The position numbers and the translations under genes are program-made. This document shows positions 30,593 through 41,252 of a stretch of 64,000 nt of DNA, one piece after another. The first letter of the stretch is position 1; every line of letters starts with the position of its first letter. The notes beneath the pieces are model-generated. The model saw only the letters and a list, made by a program, of their open reading frames with translations. It was not told the origin of the DNA and searched no databases. Origin of the DNA: Crocinitomicaceae bacterium (GTDB taxonomy: Bacteria; Bacteroidota; Bacteroidia; Flavobacteriales_D; Crocinitomicaceae); assembly GCA_028689775.1 (NCBI GenBank), contig JAQVCM010000011.1:87077-151076 (forward strand). Reading direction: 5' to 3'.

Positions 30593-31021
30593 ATGAAAAT
30601 AGCATGGTTTAGTTTCATCTTGTTGACGCTTTCGTTGACGAGTTGTGATAAAGAAAAAGTAATTTCAAATGCGCAATTGCCTTCTGAAGTGAAGAACTTT
30701 GTTTCTCTTCATTTTCCTCAAAACCCAATTATTCATAGCGTTGAAGCCAAAGAAGGGTTTAACAAATCCTATGATTTGATTTTGGAAGGAAATTTCAATC
30801 TTGAATTCAATCGCAAGTACCAAATTGAGGAAATTAAAGGAATAACCGCTTTACCCAATTCTGTAATTCCTGAAAAAATCAGAATTTATGTTCAAAACAA
30901 TTATCCAACAATGGCAATCACCGATTGGGAATTAGAAAAGAAAAATCAAAAAATCGAATTGGATAATCAGCTAACATTAGAATTTACAATGCAAGGTGAT
31001 TATTTAAGAATTGACAACTGA
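30593..31021 (+). CDS. PepSY-like domain lipoprotein
   Basis: Lipobox LTSC. Same repeat organisation as the upstream gene. Confidence 0.45.
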   Translation: MKIAWFSFILLTLSLTSCDKEKVISNAQLPSEVKNFVSLHFPQNPIIHSVEAKEGFNKSYDLILEGNFNLEFNRKYQIEEIKGITALPNSVIPEKIRIYVQNNYPTMAITDWELEKKNQKIELDNQLTLEFTMQGDYLRIDN

Positions 31022-31268
31022 TTCATTCGAGAATCTCCTTTAAATTCAGTTGAACGTATTTTTAGCAAGCTCATTTCGAATCTCGGAATGAGCTTTTTTA
31101 TTTGTAAAAAATAAACGGACAAAAATCCCATTATTCAGATTCAATTCCTTGCATATTTCTGAATTATGCGTACATTTGAGAAAGCATTTTTAAAAGTTAT
31201 AAACGAACCTTCTGGGTCGAAAAAATATACTTTAAAAGAATCAATTCATAAACGTATACCTGATTACT

Positions 31269-31832
31269 ATGTTCGAAACATTAGCAAACCTTGATCCGCT
31301 CCTGAAGACCTTTTGGTATGTCGCCATTCCCGTAAGTTTAATTTTCCTCATTCAAACCGTCATGACTTTTATTGGTGGCGCGGCAGATAGCATTGATGCT
31401 GATTTTGATGGAGATATCGACGGACACGATACGCCCTTTCAACTTTTCTCGTTGCGAAACCTCATCAATTTTTTACTCGGTTTTAGTTGGACAGGAATTT
31501 CATTTTTCACCACCGTTTCCAGCAAATTATTCTTAATCATTTTTGCGATTTTGGTCGGATTCTTATTTGTCTATTTGTTTTTCATCATCATCAAACAAGT
31601 ACAAAAATTAGCCGAAGACAATTCATTTAAAATTGAAAATACCATTGGCAAAACAGCAGAGGTTTACCTTCCAATTCCAGCCAATAAATCTGGAAAAGGA
31701 AAAGTAATGATCAGCGTAAACGGCGCTTTCCACGAATTGGATGCCATGACCGCAAACGACAGAATACCATCCAACGCAATCGTTAGAGTACTCGCGGTTG
31801 ACACCAACATTTTAATAGTAGAAACAATTTAA
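31269..31832 (+). CDS. NfeD-family membrane protein (YqiJ-like)
   Basis: TM helices plus a C-terminal OB-fold-like segment, positioned directly upstream of a flotillin gene. Confidence 0.6.
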   Translation: MFETLANLDPLLKTFWYVAIPVSLIFLIQTVMTFIGGAADSIDADFDGDIDGHDTPFQLFSLRNLINFLLGFSWTGISFFTTVSSKLFLIIFAILVGFLFVYLFFIIIKQVQKLAEDNSFKIENTIGKTAEVYLPIPANKSGKGKVMISVNGAFHELDAMTANDRIPSNAIVRVLAVDTNILIVETI

Positions 31833-31844
31833 TAAAAATAGAAC

Positions 31845-33395
31845 ATGATTGAAAACATGACCCCAATTATCATCATCATTGTAGCAGCAGTCGTTTTTTT
31901 CTCGCTGATTACCGCATTAATATCCAGATACAAACGTTGTCCTTCGGATAAAATATTAGTGATTTACGGTCGTACCGGCGGAACTTCTGCCAAATGTGTT
32001 CACGGTGGTGGTGCATTTATTTGGCCCGTAATTCAAGATTATGCTTTTCTGGATTTGAAACCTTTGTCCATCGATGCCAACTTGATGAATGCATTGAGTC
32101 GTCAAAACATTCGTGTGGATGTTCCATGTCGTTTTACAATTGCCATTTCAACAGAAACGGATAGCATGAATACGGCTGCAGAAAGATTGTTGGGCTTGTC
32201 GTCAGAACAAATTCAAGAATTGGCGAAAGACATTTTATTCGGTCAATTGCGTTTGGTGATTGCAACCATGACGATTGAGGAAATCAACTCAGACAGAGAT
32301 AAATTCTTAGACAACATTTCTAAAAACGTAGACAGTGAGTTGAAGAAAATTGGTTTGAAATTGATCAACGTCAACGTGACAGACATCAAAGACGAATCAG
32401 GATACATCGAAGCTTTGGGGAAAGAAGCAGCGGCAAAAGCAATCAACGAAGCAAAAATTAGTGTTGCCGAACAAGAAAAAATCGGGGAAACCGGAAAAGC
32501 ATTAGCCGACAGAGAAAAAGATACTCAAATTGCAGAAACGCACCGAGACAGAGATGTTAAAATCGCGATCACGCAAAAAGACAGAGAAGTAAGTATTGCG
32601 TCTGCCGCAAAAGATGAAGCGATTGGTAAAGCAGAAGCAATGCGAGATACGCGTGTAAAAACTTCGGAAGCAAATGCAATTGCCATTCAAGGAGAAAATA
32701 CAGCGAAAATTGACATTGCTAATTCCGAAGCATTGCGAAGAGAAAAAGAAGCTGAATCGTTGCGTATTGCCATCACAGCGGAAAAAGTACAACAAGCACG
32801 CGCCTTGGAAGAATCCTATGTTGCTGAGCAAAAAGCAGAACAAGCCCGTTCAGAAAGAGAACGTTCTACGCAAATTGCCAACATCGTAATTCCAGCAGAA
32901 ATCGCGAAACAAAGAGCCATCATTGAGGCACAAGCGCAAGCAGAAACCATCCGTGAAAACGCAAAAGGAGAAGCCGATGCCATCTTTGCAAAAATGGAAG
33001 CCGAAGCAAAAGGTTTATTCGAAATCTTGACCAAACAAGCCGAAGGATACAAGCAAGTTGTCGAAGCAGCTGGCGGAGATCCGACCAAAGCGTTCCAATT
33101 ATTGTTGATTGAAAAACTTCCTGAATTGGTAAAAACACAAGTGGAAGCAGTTAAAAATATCAAAATCGACAAAATTACCGTTTGGGATTCTGGAAACAAT
33201 GCAGATGGAAATGGTTCGACCGCAAATTTCGTTTCAGGAATGATGAAAACCGTTCCACCGTTGAATGACTTGTTTAACATGGCTGGATTGAATTTACCAA
33301 CTTATTTGAAAGGTGCTGAGAAGGAAATTGAGAAAGAAAATGGCTTCGATTCAAGTTCGTCATCTCATCAAGTTGGTGCAGAGGAAGAGAAATAG
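31845..33395 (+). CDS. flotillin / SPFH (band 7) family protein
   Basis: N-terminal TM, an SPFH domain, and a long EA-rich coiled-coil typical of the flotillin (YqiK) family. Confidence 0.8.
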   Translation: MIENMTPIIIIIVAAVVFFSLITALISRYKRCPSDKILVIYGRTGGTSAKCVHGGGAFIWPVIQDYAFLDLKPLSIDANLMNALSRQNIRVDVPCRFTIAISTETDSMNTAAERLLGLSSEQIQELAKDILFGQLRLVIATMTIEEINSDRDKFLDNISKNVDSELKKIGLKLINVNVTDIKDESGYIEALGKEAAAKAINEAKISVAEQEKIGETGKALADREKDTQIAETHRDRDVKIAITQKDREVSIASAAKDEAIGKAEAMRDTRVKTSEANAIAIQGENTAKIDIANSEALRREKEAESLRIAITAEKVQQARALEESYVAEQKAEQARSERERSTQIANIVIPAEIAKQRAIIEAQAQAETIRENAKGEADAIFAKMEAEAKGLFEILTKQAEGYKQVVEAAGGDPTKAFQLLLIEKLPELVKTQVEAVKNIKIDKITVWDSGNNADGNGSTANFVSGMMKTVPPLNDLFNMAGLNLPTYLKGAEKEIEKENGFDSSSSSHQVGAEEEK

Positions 33396-33584
33396 GATGA
33401 TCGTAAGCACTTTGGAATAAAAACACGGGGAATCAAATTTCCTGTGTTTTAGAAGCCTCAAACTAATTTTATACAATCCGAAATTATCAAGAACTGAACT
33501 TCTTGATAATTTGAAATTGCTGGATTCAAGTCATAAATGCAACTTTATCCTCAAACAATAACGACTAACCAAACATCTTAAACA

Positions 33585-34556
33585 ATGAAAAAATCACTTC
33601 TTTTACTTGCAATTATAAGCACATTGAATTCATTTGGGCAGACTGCTACTGAATATTTCCAAAGTGGAATTGCAAAACACGAACAACAGGATTTTAAAGG
33701 TGCGGTCAAAGAATATGATAAGGCAATAAAATTAGATCAAACGAATAAAAATGCATTCTTCAATCGTGGAACGTGTGCGCTTGCGATGACAGATTTCAAA
33801 GCAGCAATGACAGATTTTACCAAAGCTATCGAATTAGACCAAAACTATGCAAATGCATATTACAGCAGAGCAACGGTTTACGTGAGTCAACAAAAATATA
33901 AAGAAGCATTGCCAGATCTCGATAAAACGATTGAATTAGATCCTAAAGTTCCAAATGCATTGACATTGAGAGGACAAATCCGAGCGCAAACTGGAAACAA
34001 AATTGGAGCTTGTGAAGACTTTCAGCAAGCAAAACTAATTGGCGAAAAGCAAGCTGATAAATACCTATCCCAATTTTGTGGAAATGAAAAACAAGCTGTA
34101 GAATCGCTCATCCTCGAGTGGCCAAAAAGCGAAAATTGGAAAATCGGAACGAATCAAGAAAATGATCAAATGACGATGGTTGAATTTATTCATTCGAATG
34201 AAACATTGGAAAAATGGACAGAATTTGGAACGATGATAGCCATTAAAGGAGTGAAAAACGTTGCGATGGACAAAGCAATGAACATGACTTTTGACCAAGC
34301 AAAGCTAAATTCTCCGAAAGCAAAACTGACATTTATTGAAAAAGATGAAAGCGCTGAATATCCTTGGATAATTTTCACAATTGAATGCCCTAATTTCAAG
34401 AATGATAAAACTCCTGAATCGCAACTTTGGTATGTTGTTCAAGGAAAAACTTCCTTATACACCAATTTTAGAGCTGTGAAAAAGGCAACTATTCCTGCAG
34501 AACTTAAAGACAAATGGACTGTCTTTTTTAAGACCGCAAAAATCACATCTGAATAA
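33585..34556 (+). CDS. TPR-repeat protein with a C-terminal uncharacterised domain, secreted
   Basis: Signal peptide. At least four TPR units (AIKLDQTN..AIELDQNYANAYY..TIELDPK). Confidence 0.55.
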   Translation: MKKSLLLLAIISTLNSFGQTATEYFQSGIAKHEQQDFKGAVKEYDKAIKLDQTNKNAFFNRGTCALAMTDFKAAMTDFTKAIELDQNYANAYYSRATVYVSQQKYKEALPDLDKTIELDPKVPNALTLRGQIRAQTGNKIGACEDFQQAKLIGEKQADKYLSQFCGNEKQAVESLILEWPKSENWKIGTNQENDQMTMVEFIHSNETLEKWTEFGTMIAIKGVKNVAMDKAMNMTFDQAKLNSPKAKLTFIEKDESAEYPWIIFTIECPNFKNDKTPESQLWYVVQGKTSLYTNFRAVKKATIPAELKDKWTVFFKTAKITSE

Positions 34557-34638
34557 AAATCCTGCGGCGAACAGAATTTTTCTTACGCGCTATTTACAAC
34601 TAATTATCCAATCTCAAAAAACCTTAGCTTAAAAAAAA

Positions 34639-35196
34639 ATGAAAAATACACTTCTAATCCTCTTGTCAACTTTGACTTTAACTGCATACGGACAAGACAA
34701 ATACGACTACTTAAGCTTTAATAACTTAATAGAAATTGAAGGAACAAGCTTTGTAATTGGAACGATTGAAAATCGGAGCAAAATGGATGGTCTTAAAAAT
34801 AGTTATTTGCTTTTCATTGACACGAAGACTGGACAGACAAATCAAGTTGACTTTCCAAATGAAGGATACTTGGAAAAAATTGAGCAAGTAAAAATTGATG
34901 ATTTAGAAATAAACAAAATCATCGTATCAGCTAAAACAGTTGACTTAGACGGAAAGAAAGGTATTGACTGGAATGATCCAAGACAAATTATCGTTTTATC
35001 AACGGACGGCAAAGAAAGAGTTCAATTAACAGACAGTAAATTATACGTTCGAACTTGGGTAGTAAATAAAAAAACGGGAACGATTGTAATTGCAGGACAT
35101 TACGACACAAACAACAACGGCAAATACGACAAAACAGATAAGAACGAAATTGGGATTTACGACTTAAAATCCTTAAAATTAATAAACAAAATTTGA
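34639..35196 (+). CDS. secreted hypothetical protein
   Basis: Signal peptide ending AYGQD. Confidence 0.35.
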   Translation: MKNTLLILLSTLTLTAYGQDKYDYLSFNNLIEIEGTSFVIGTIENRSKMDGLKNSYLLFIDTKTGQTNQVDFPNEGYLEKIEQVKIDDLEINKIIVSAKTVDLDGKKGIDWNDPRQIIVLSTDGKERVQLTDSKLYVRTWVVNKKTGTIVIAGHYDTNNNGKYDKTDKNEIGIYDLKSLKLINKI

Positions 35197-35453
35197 GATC
35201 AAAAGTCAAAAGTCAAATGCACGCTTGTAGAGAAAAAAGCCGTGGTTTAGTGTAAGAATTTTCGAAAAGCAAACCCAAAAAGACTGAATTCCGTCGTTGA
35301 AAAATAAATAAGATTGATTCCAAATCATAGCGCTCAAATTAAATCCAAATACTTTAATTATATTTAGACCCTAATTGAGAACCACAGTAGAAATGAAAGC
35401 GGTTTGTGTCAAACAAGTGAATTCATTTCAACCTAATTTATAACAGTTATAAA

Positions 35454-36728
35454 ATGAAAAAAGATCAACAAATTTTCGATTTAATCGAAGCTGAAAAAAA
35501 CAGACAATTACACGGTGTTGAGTTAATTGCTTCTGAAAACTTTGTAAGTGAGGAAGTAATGCAGGCAATGGGTTCTGTGTTAACCAACAAATACGCAGAA
35601 GGTTTACCGGGTAAAAGATATTACGGTGGTTGTGAAGTGGTTGACAAAGTTGAGCAATTGGCAATCGATCGTCTGTGTGAACTATTTGGTGCAACTTGGG
35701 CCAATGTTCAACCGCACTCTGGTGCACAAGCAAATGCTGCAGTTTTCTTAGCTTGTTTGAACCCTGGAGATACAATTTTAGGATTTGACTTGTCTCACGG
35801 AGGTCACTTGACACACGGTTCGCCAGTGAATTTTTCTGGAAAATTATACAATCCAGTATTTTACGGTGTAAATAAAGAAACGGGTCAGATCGATTACGAT
35901 GCCATGGAAGAAGTGGCTCGCAAAGAGAAACCAAAAATGATTATTTGTGGTGCATCTGCATACAGCCGCGATTGGGATTATGCACGAATCCGCAAAATCG
36001 CAGATGAAGTTGGCGCTTTAATTTTAGCCGACATCTCTCACCCAGCTGGTTTAATCGCCTCTGGACTTTTAACAGATCCGTTAGATCATTGTCACATCAT
36101 CACAACAACTACCCACAAAACGTTGCGTGGTCCGCGTGGTGGCGTTATCATGATGCGTAAAAACTTTGACAATCCATTTGGATTGAAATGGAACAACGGA
36201 AATCCAAAATCAATGGCTGCATTGTTAGACGCTGCAGTTTTCCCAGGAATTCAAGGTGGACCTTTGGAGCACGTGATTGCTGCAAAAGCCGTTGCATTCA
36301 GAGAAGCATTGTCTCCAGAATATAAAACATACATGCAACAAGTTCAGAAAAATGCGCGTTTGATGGCATCTGAATTGGTGAAATTAGGATATCAAATTGT
36401 TTCTGACGGAACAGATAATCACAGCATGCTGATTGATTTGCGTTCAAAAGGAGTTACTGGAAAGGATGCTGAAAACATCTTGGTAAAAGCCGACATTACC
36501 GTAAACAAAAACATGGTTCCGTTTGATACAGAATCTCCGTTTGTTACTTCAGGAATTCGCGTTGGAACCGCTGCTATTACGACGCGTGGCTTGAAAGAAG
36601 ACGAAGTAATTCAAATTGTGAAATGGATGGATTTGGTATTGACAAACGTTGATAACGAGGCAATTATTGAACAAGTGAAAAAAGAAATCAATGCATTGAT
36701 GAGCAAATATCCGCTTTTTCAAATGTAA
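35454..36728 (+). CDS. glyA: serine hydroxymethyltransferase
   Basis: Full-length match to SHMT, including the PLP-lysine motif [14 protein letters not shown]. Confidence 0.95.
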   Translation: MKKDQQIFDLIEAEKNRQLHGVELIASENFVSEEVMQAMGSVLTNKYAEGLPGKRYYGGCEVVDKVEQLAIDRLCELFGATWANVQPHSGAQANAAVFLACLNPGDTILGFDLSHGGHLTHGSPVNFSGKLYNPVFYGVNKETGQIDYDAMEEVARKEKPKMIICGASAYSRDWDYARIRKIADEVGALILADISHPAGLIASGLLTDPLDHCHIITTTTHKTLRGPRGGVIMMRKNFDNPFGLKWNNGNPKSMAALLDAAVFPGIQGGPLEHVIAAKAVAFREALSPEYKTYMQQVQKNARLMASELVKLGYQIVSDGTDNHSMLIDLRSKGVTGKDAENILVKADITVNKNMVPFDTESPFVTSGIRVGTAAITTRGLKEDEVIQIVKWMDLVLTNVDNEAIIEQVKKEINALMSKYPLFQM

Positions 36729-36741
36729 TTGAATAAAAAAA

Positions 36742-36780
36742 ATTGAAAAGCTACTTATTTCTGTAAGTAGCTTTTTTTTT
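36742..36780 (+). terminator. rho-independent terminator of glyA
   Basis: gaaaagctacttatttctgtaagtagcttttttttt is a perfect 11-bp stem followed by a T9 run. Confidence 0.65.
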
Positions 36781-36845
36781 AACAAATAAAACGGATTTCA
36801 ATTTCTACCTTCGTGACGATCAATTCAACTAAATAACAACTAGTC

Positions 36846-37715
36846 ATGAAAAAAACTCTACTCGCACTTTCATTACTAAGCATTAGCTTTGTAAATGCTC
36901 AACTTGAAAATGGAATGGTTGCTCACTTTCCTTTTAATGGGAATTTAAATGACGTTTCGAATTCGGCTATCGTGTCCACCAATACTGGAGGTTCGACTTT
37001 TGGAATGGATCGTAATTCAACTTCCAACAATGCAGTCGTACTTGGAAATGGGAAATACATATCATTCAATAATAATGCAATCAAAACTCAATTTCCAATT
37101 ACAATTTCTGTTTGGGTGAAATTCAATAGTTTTCCTGAAAACAGCAATGTTTTTTCTTCAGACAACGTAACACAGAATTATCATGGTTATTGGATGAATG
37201 TATTGGCATCCGGAAAAGTTGCTCTTAATTTTGGTGCCGGTTTGGGAACTTCAGGTGCTGATAATAGAAGAACATTTTTAGCTAATCAGCAATTAACTGT
37301 AGGAAAATGGCATCACATTGTCGCAATAATTCGTTCACACGATGACATGTCAATCTACATGGATTGTCGAAATTCTCCAGGATCATACAGTGGTACTGGT
37401 TCAACAAGCATTGAATATTCAACAACTAATTCCCGAATTGGAAATGGAGCCTTACAAACTATTGTACCTCAAGGATGGTTCGTAGACGGTTCGATTGATC
37501 AATTAGCGATTTGGAATCGAGACTTATCAAGCGAAGAAGTTTTAAGCTTATGTCAATTAAATTCTACTTTGTCTGTTATAGAAATCCAAAAAGCTTCAAG
37601 AGAATTGGTTAAAATTATAAATGTTTTGGGTCAAGAAGTGAAAGCTACACCTAACACTCCATTAATTTATATCTACAGTGATGGTTCAATTGAAAAAGTT
37701 GTAATTGTTGAATAA
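36846..37715 (+). CDS. LamG-like (concanavalin-type) domain protein with a T9SS type-A C-terminal sorting domain
   Basis: Signal peptide. The LamG-like core (WHHIVAIIRS..IDQLAIWNR) and a C-terminal KIINVLGQEV...IYIYSDGS por-secretion tail. Confidence 0.55.
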   Translation: MKKTLLALSLLSISFVNAQLENGMVAHFPFNGNLNDVSNSAIVSTNTGGSTFGMDRNSTSNNAVVLGNGKYISFNNNAIKTQFPITISVWVKFNSFPENSNVFSSDNVTQNYHGYWMNVLASGKVALNFGAGLGTSGADNRRTFLANQQLTVGKWHHIVAIIRSHDDMSIYMDCRNSPGSYSGTGSTSIEYSTTNSRIGNGALQTIVPQGWFVDGSIDQLAIWNRDLSSEEVLSLCQLNSTLSVIEIQKASRELVKIINVLGQEVKATPNTPLIYIYSDGSIEKVVIVE

Positions 37716-37902
37716 AAACAATTGTAATTTTGAAAGGCTCTTTATGAAAATAAGCGGCTTTTTTTGATAGTAAACAGCTTGATTTAAAAATGAATTTGCG
37801 AAGTAGTATGGTCTTGAAATAGGAAAAAATAGTTATTTTTGAATCTAAAATTCGTATCAATGAATTTTAGATTCTTTTTAAACGTTCTTAATTATTAGAT
37901 TT

Positions 37903-38778
37903 ATGAATAAAATAGTACTCTTAATCACAATTTTAAACTTTGGTTTCTTAAACGCTCAAATTGAAAATGGAATGATTGCTCATTTTCCTTTTAATGGAAA
38001 TCACAATGACATTTCAGCTTCCGTAATTGTAACAAATAATGTTGGAACTACATTCGGAAATGATCGCAATGCAACTGCAAATCAAGCGGTTGAATTGGGA
38101 ACAGATAAATACATTTCTTTTACAGACACCGCAGTAAAAACCAAATTACCTTTAACAATTTCTGCCTGGGTGAAATTTAACTCATTCGCAGAAATGAATG
38201 TCATCTTCGCATCTGATAATGTATTCGATAACTACCACGGATATTGGTTTTATACCGTTCCAAATACAGGGCAAGTTGCTTTCAGTTATGGCGCTGGAAT
38301 GGGCGGAACGAATGCAACAAATAGAAGAACAACGACCACGGACACACAATTATCCATTGGAGTTTGGTATCATCTTGTTGCCGTAATTCGAGCACATAAG
38401 AACATGGAAATTTACTTCAATTGTGAAAAACAACCATTTAGTTACTCTGGTTCTGGAGCTACCAACATGATTTACTCTTCAACCGAATCACGAATTGGTT
38501 CTGCGCCAGGCGATATCACGAATACGAATGGATGGTTTTGCGACGGTTCGATTGACCAACTTGCAATTTGGAAAAGAGCAATTACTCCTGCTGAGATCAA
38601 TTACTTATGCGACATCAACAATACATTATCTGTCATTGAAAATGACACGACAAAAGAACCAAAAGAAATTCTTAAAATCATCAATGTTCTTGGTCAAGAA
38701 GTAGAAGCGACTAAAAACACACCTTTGATTTATATCTACAGTGACGGTTCGACTGAACGAATTGTAATTACGGAATAA
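37903..38778 (+). CDS. LamG-like domain protein with a T9SS type-A C-terminal sorting domain (paralog)
   Basis: About 55% identical to 36846-37715, with the same CTD. Confidence 0.55.
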   Translation: MNKIVLLITILNFGFLNAQIENGMIAHFPFNGNHNDISASVIVTNNVGTTFGNDRNATANQAVELGTDKYISFTDTAVKTKLPLTISAWVKFNSFAEMNVIFASDNVFDNYHGYWFYTVPNTGQVAFSYGAGMGGTNATNRRTTTTDTQLSIGVWYHLVAVIRAHKNMEIYFNCEKQPFSYSGSGATNMIYSSTESRIGSAPGDITNTNGWFCDGSIDQLAIWKRAITPAEINYLCDINNTLSVIENDTTKEPKEILKIINVLGQEVEATKNTPLIYIYSDGSTERIVITE

Positions 38779-38857
38779 GTAGGGATTGCAAATGAATTAA
38801 TGAAAGGCTGTTTATGAAAATAAGCAGCCTTTTTTCTGATTTAAAGAGATGAAAAGA

Positions 38858-39946
38858 TTAGATCAAGGCGCTGATCAAAATGATGAGTAAAATATCAGCA
38901 ACTACAATGAACGCCAACTGAATCAACTCTTTTTTACGCGATATGGCGTTCGCTTGATCAAGTTGTAAAGCTGATGAATCAAGTGGTTCCGCTACATTAC
39001 TTTTCTCTTGAATTGGTTTTTCGAAGCTTGGTTTTTCGAAGCTTTTTGTTTCGACAATTGGTTCTTCAAACGCTGGTTTTTCAAAAACAGGTTCTGATTT
39101 TTCCACTTCTAATTTTTCCGCTTCTAGAATCGAAACGTCCGGTTCTATGACAAAATCAATTGGCTCTGGATTGATATTCAAAGGCTCTTTCAATTCTGGA
39201 GTTTCAACTTGAAAATCAATCGGAAGTTCCTTTTCATCTTGGATTTCTACGTGATCTTCAACAACTTCTTGATTTTCTAGTTCTTCTTGATCATCTTCTT
39301 CTGACACGAATTCTATCAAAGGTTCAAAACTCATTTCAAGTTGTTCAAGTGGTGCTTCAGAAATTTCTTCTATTAGATTTTCTTTTTCTAAATCAGCATT
39401 TGCTATAACATCCAATTTCTCTTCGCCTTCGGAAAGTGCTTCTGAGTTTGAAAAAACACTTTTCCACAACAACAATTCATCTCCAACATGCACCACATCT
39501 CCTGCTTTCAACAAAGCAATTTCAGAAATGCGATTTCCGTTGACATACGTTCCTTGCTCGGATTCTAGGTCGTTGATAAAATAAGAATCGTTCTGATCTT
39601 GAATCAATTGCAAATGATTTTCAGAAACCGAGGGCGCATCCATGATAAAATCGTTTGTCTTCGCTCGTCCAACCGTAATGGTTTTGGGCTGATTAATCTC
39701 TAAAACTTTTTTCCAATCCAAGGCGATTCCATTCCCAAAAGTAAGTTGATCAATGGATTTCAATTCAATGGAATCCACTATTTTATGTCCATTTACAAAA
39801 GTATCTTTGCCAGTTCCTAAATCGGTCAGAAAGACATTTCCTTCCACATCAACAAAAATCTCAGCGTGTTCAGGAGCGATAGAAGGGTCTATAAGAACCA
39901 CATCGTTCTCATCATTTTGTCCAATTTTGATTAGCAAAAAACTCAT
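38858..39946 (-). CDS. FHA-domain protein with two FHA domains, an acidic repeat linker and a C-terminal TM anchor
   Basis: Two G..N.VVL/FIMD...S..HA/HLQL FHA signatures, an EKP/FEKP-rich acidic repeat region, and a C-terminal hydrophobic helix. Confidence 0.7.
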   Translation of the reverse strand: MSFLLIKIGQNDENDVVLIDPSIAPEHAEIFVDVEGNVFLTDLGTGKDTFVNGHKIVDSIELKSIDQLTFGNGIALDWKKVLEINQPKTITVGRAKTNDFIMDAPSVSENHLQLIQDQNDSYFINDLESEQGTYVNGNRISEIALLKAGDVVHVGDELLLWKSVFSNSEALSEGEEKLDVIANADLEKENLIEEISEAPLEQLEMSFEPLIEFVSEEDDQEELENQEVVEDHVEIQDEKELPIDFQVETPELKEPLNINPEPIDFVIEPDVSILEAEKLEVEKSEPVFEKPAFEEPIVETKSFEKPSFEKPIQEKSNVAEPLDSSALQLDQANAISRKKELIQLAFIVVADILLIILISALI

Positions 39947-40103
39947 TTTTTATTTTCAATTAAATTGATGAAACTAAGTTAATGATAAAATTGATTTCGA
40001 ACGTTTTTTGTTTGATTTGTTGTAATTTTCTGTTTTGAAATTCGATGATTGAATACAATCCAAAAACATAGAAACGTAGGTCTAAAGTGTTTTAGTTCTA
40101 TAT

Positions 40104-40176
40104 TCCCGAAGGGATGACATTGTTCTAAAATATGATAAACCAATAAAACCTTGAATCCCGAAGAGATGACATTATT
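40104..40176. promoter_or_regulatory. pair of 21-bp direct repeats in a divergent promoter region
   Basis: tcccgaagggatgacattgtt (40104-40124) and tcccgaagagatgacattatt (40156-40176) are 19/21 identical and 52 bp apart. They lie between the FHA gene start and the SDR gene. Confidence 0.3.
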
Positions 40177-40352
40177 AAACAGCTCCTGGAAATAAATGGA
40201 GATTTCAAAATTTATATTTGAATTAAAACACCATGCAATTCCTTTTTTGAGTATTTTAGTATAAGCTCAATGAACAAGAAGAAATTAGCATTCTATTCAT
40301 TCTGAAAACAGTTGCCAAACAACTAAATAGCATTCAAAATCACAAATTAAAG

Positions 40353-41159
40353 ATGAATAATTTCAAAGATAAAACTGCATTAATCACCGGAGGCGCTTCT
40401 GGGATTGGTAAGATAATGTCGCGCTTGTTGTTAGAGCGAGGTGCGAAAATCATCATTTGGGACATCAATCCGAAAGGAATTGAAGAAACGATCGCGGAAT
40501 TAAATCATTTGGGAACGATTTCAGGATATGTTGTTGATGTCTCAAAACCCGAACAAATCCAAGAAACAGCCGATCAAGTCAAACGTGAAAAAGGTACCGT
40601 TGACATCTTAATAAACAATGCTGGAATCATCGTTGGAAAGTATTTTCACGAACATTCCACTGCTGAAATTTTGGCAACATCCGCAATCAATGCAAGCGCT
40701 CCGATGTTGATTACAAGTCAATTTCTTCAAGGAATGTTGGATCAAAACTTAGGATATGTTTGCAACATAGCCTCTTCAGGCGGATTGATCTCCAATCCTA
40801 AAATGTCGGTTTATGCTGCTAGTAAATGGTCTTTAATCGGTTGGTCTGACAGTCTTCGCATTGAAATGAAACAACTCAACAAAAATGTACAATTTACGAC
40901 CATCATGCCGTATTACATCAACACGGGAATGTTTGACGGTGTGAAATCAAAGATTGCAATTCTGGATCCTGAAGCTGCGTCGCTTTCCATTATCAAAGCG
41001 ATGGAAAAGAACAAGAAAATGGTAACACTTCCAGGCTATATTTACCGCACAACGCGCTTTGCGCAAGCAGTGATGCCGATTAACATGTTTGATTGGTTTA
41101 CGGGTGGCGTTTTGGGAATTTACAAAACGATGGAACATTTTACAGGTAGAAAAAAATAG
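40353..41159 (+). CDS. SDR-family oxidoreductase
   Basis: TGGASGIG Rossmann motif and the YAASK catalytic motif. Confidence 0.85.
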   Translation: MNNFKDKTALITGGASGIGKIMSRLLLERGAKIIIWDINPKGIEETIAELNHLGTISGYVVDVSKPEQIQETADQVKREKGTVDILINNAGIIVGKYFHEHSTAEILATSAINASAPMLITSQFLQGMLDQNLGYVCNIASSGGLISNPKMSVYAASKWSLIGWSDSLRIEMKQLNKNVQFTTIMPYYINTGMFDGVKSKIAILDPEAASLSIIKAMEKNKKMVTLPGYIYRTTRFAQAVMPINMFDWFTGGVLGIYKTMEHFTGRKK

Positions 41160-41252
41160 ATTCAAAGGATTACAAAAGGCGGTCACACAAAATGAATCTA
41201 ACATTCATTTTTTAACTGAAACATACTTTAAACCCGTTTCAAATCCTTACTT

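Noticed and set aside
37740-37766. Mini-ORF MKISGFF (and MKISSLFSDLKR at 38812-38850) inside the conserved 3' elements of the LamG paralogs
   Set aside because: It is too short, and the conservation is better explained by an RNA hairpin. The ATG is part of the loop sequence.
39000-39300. Short tandem DNA repeats (ttttcgaagc / ggtttttc motifs) that could suggest a CRISPR-like or intergenic repeat array
   Set aside because: They are in-frame coding repeats of the acidic linker of the FHA protein. They are not spacer-separated and have no array structure.
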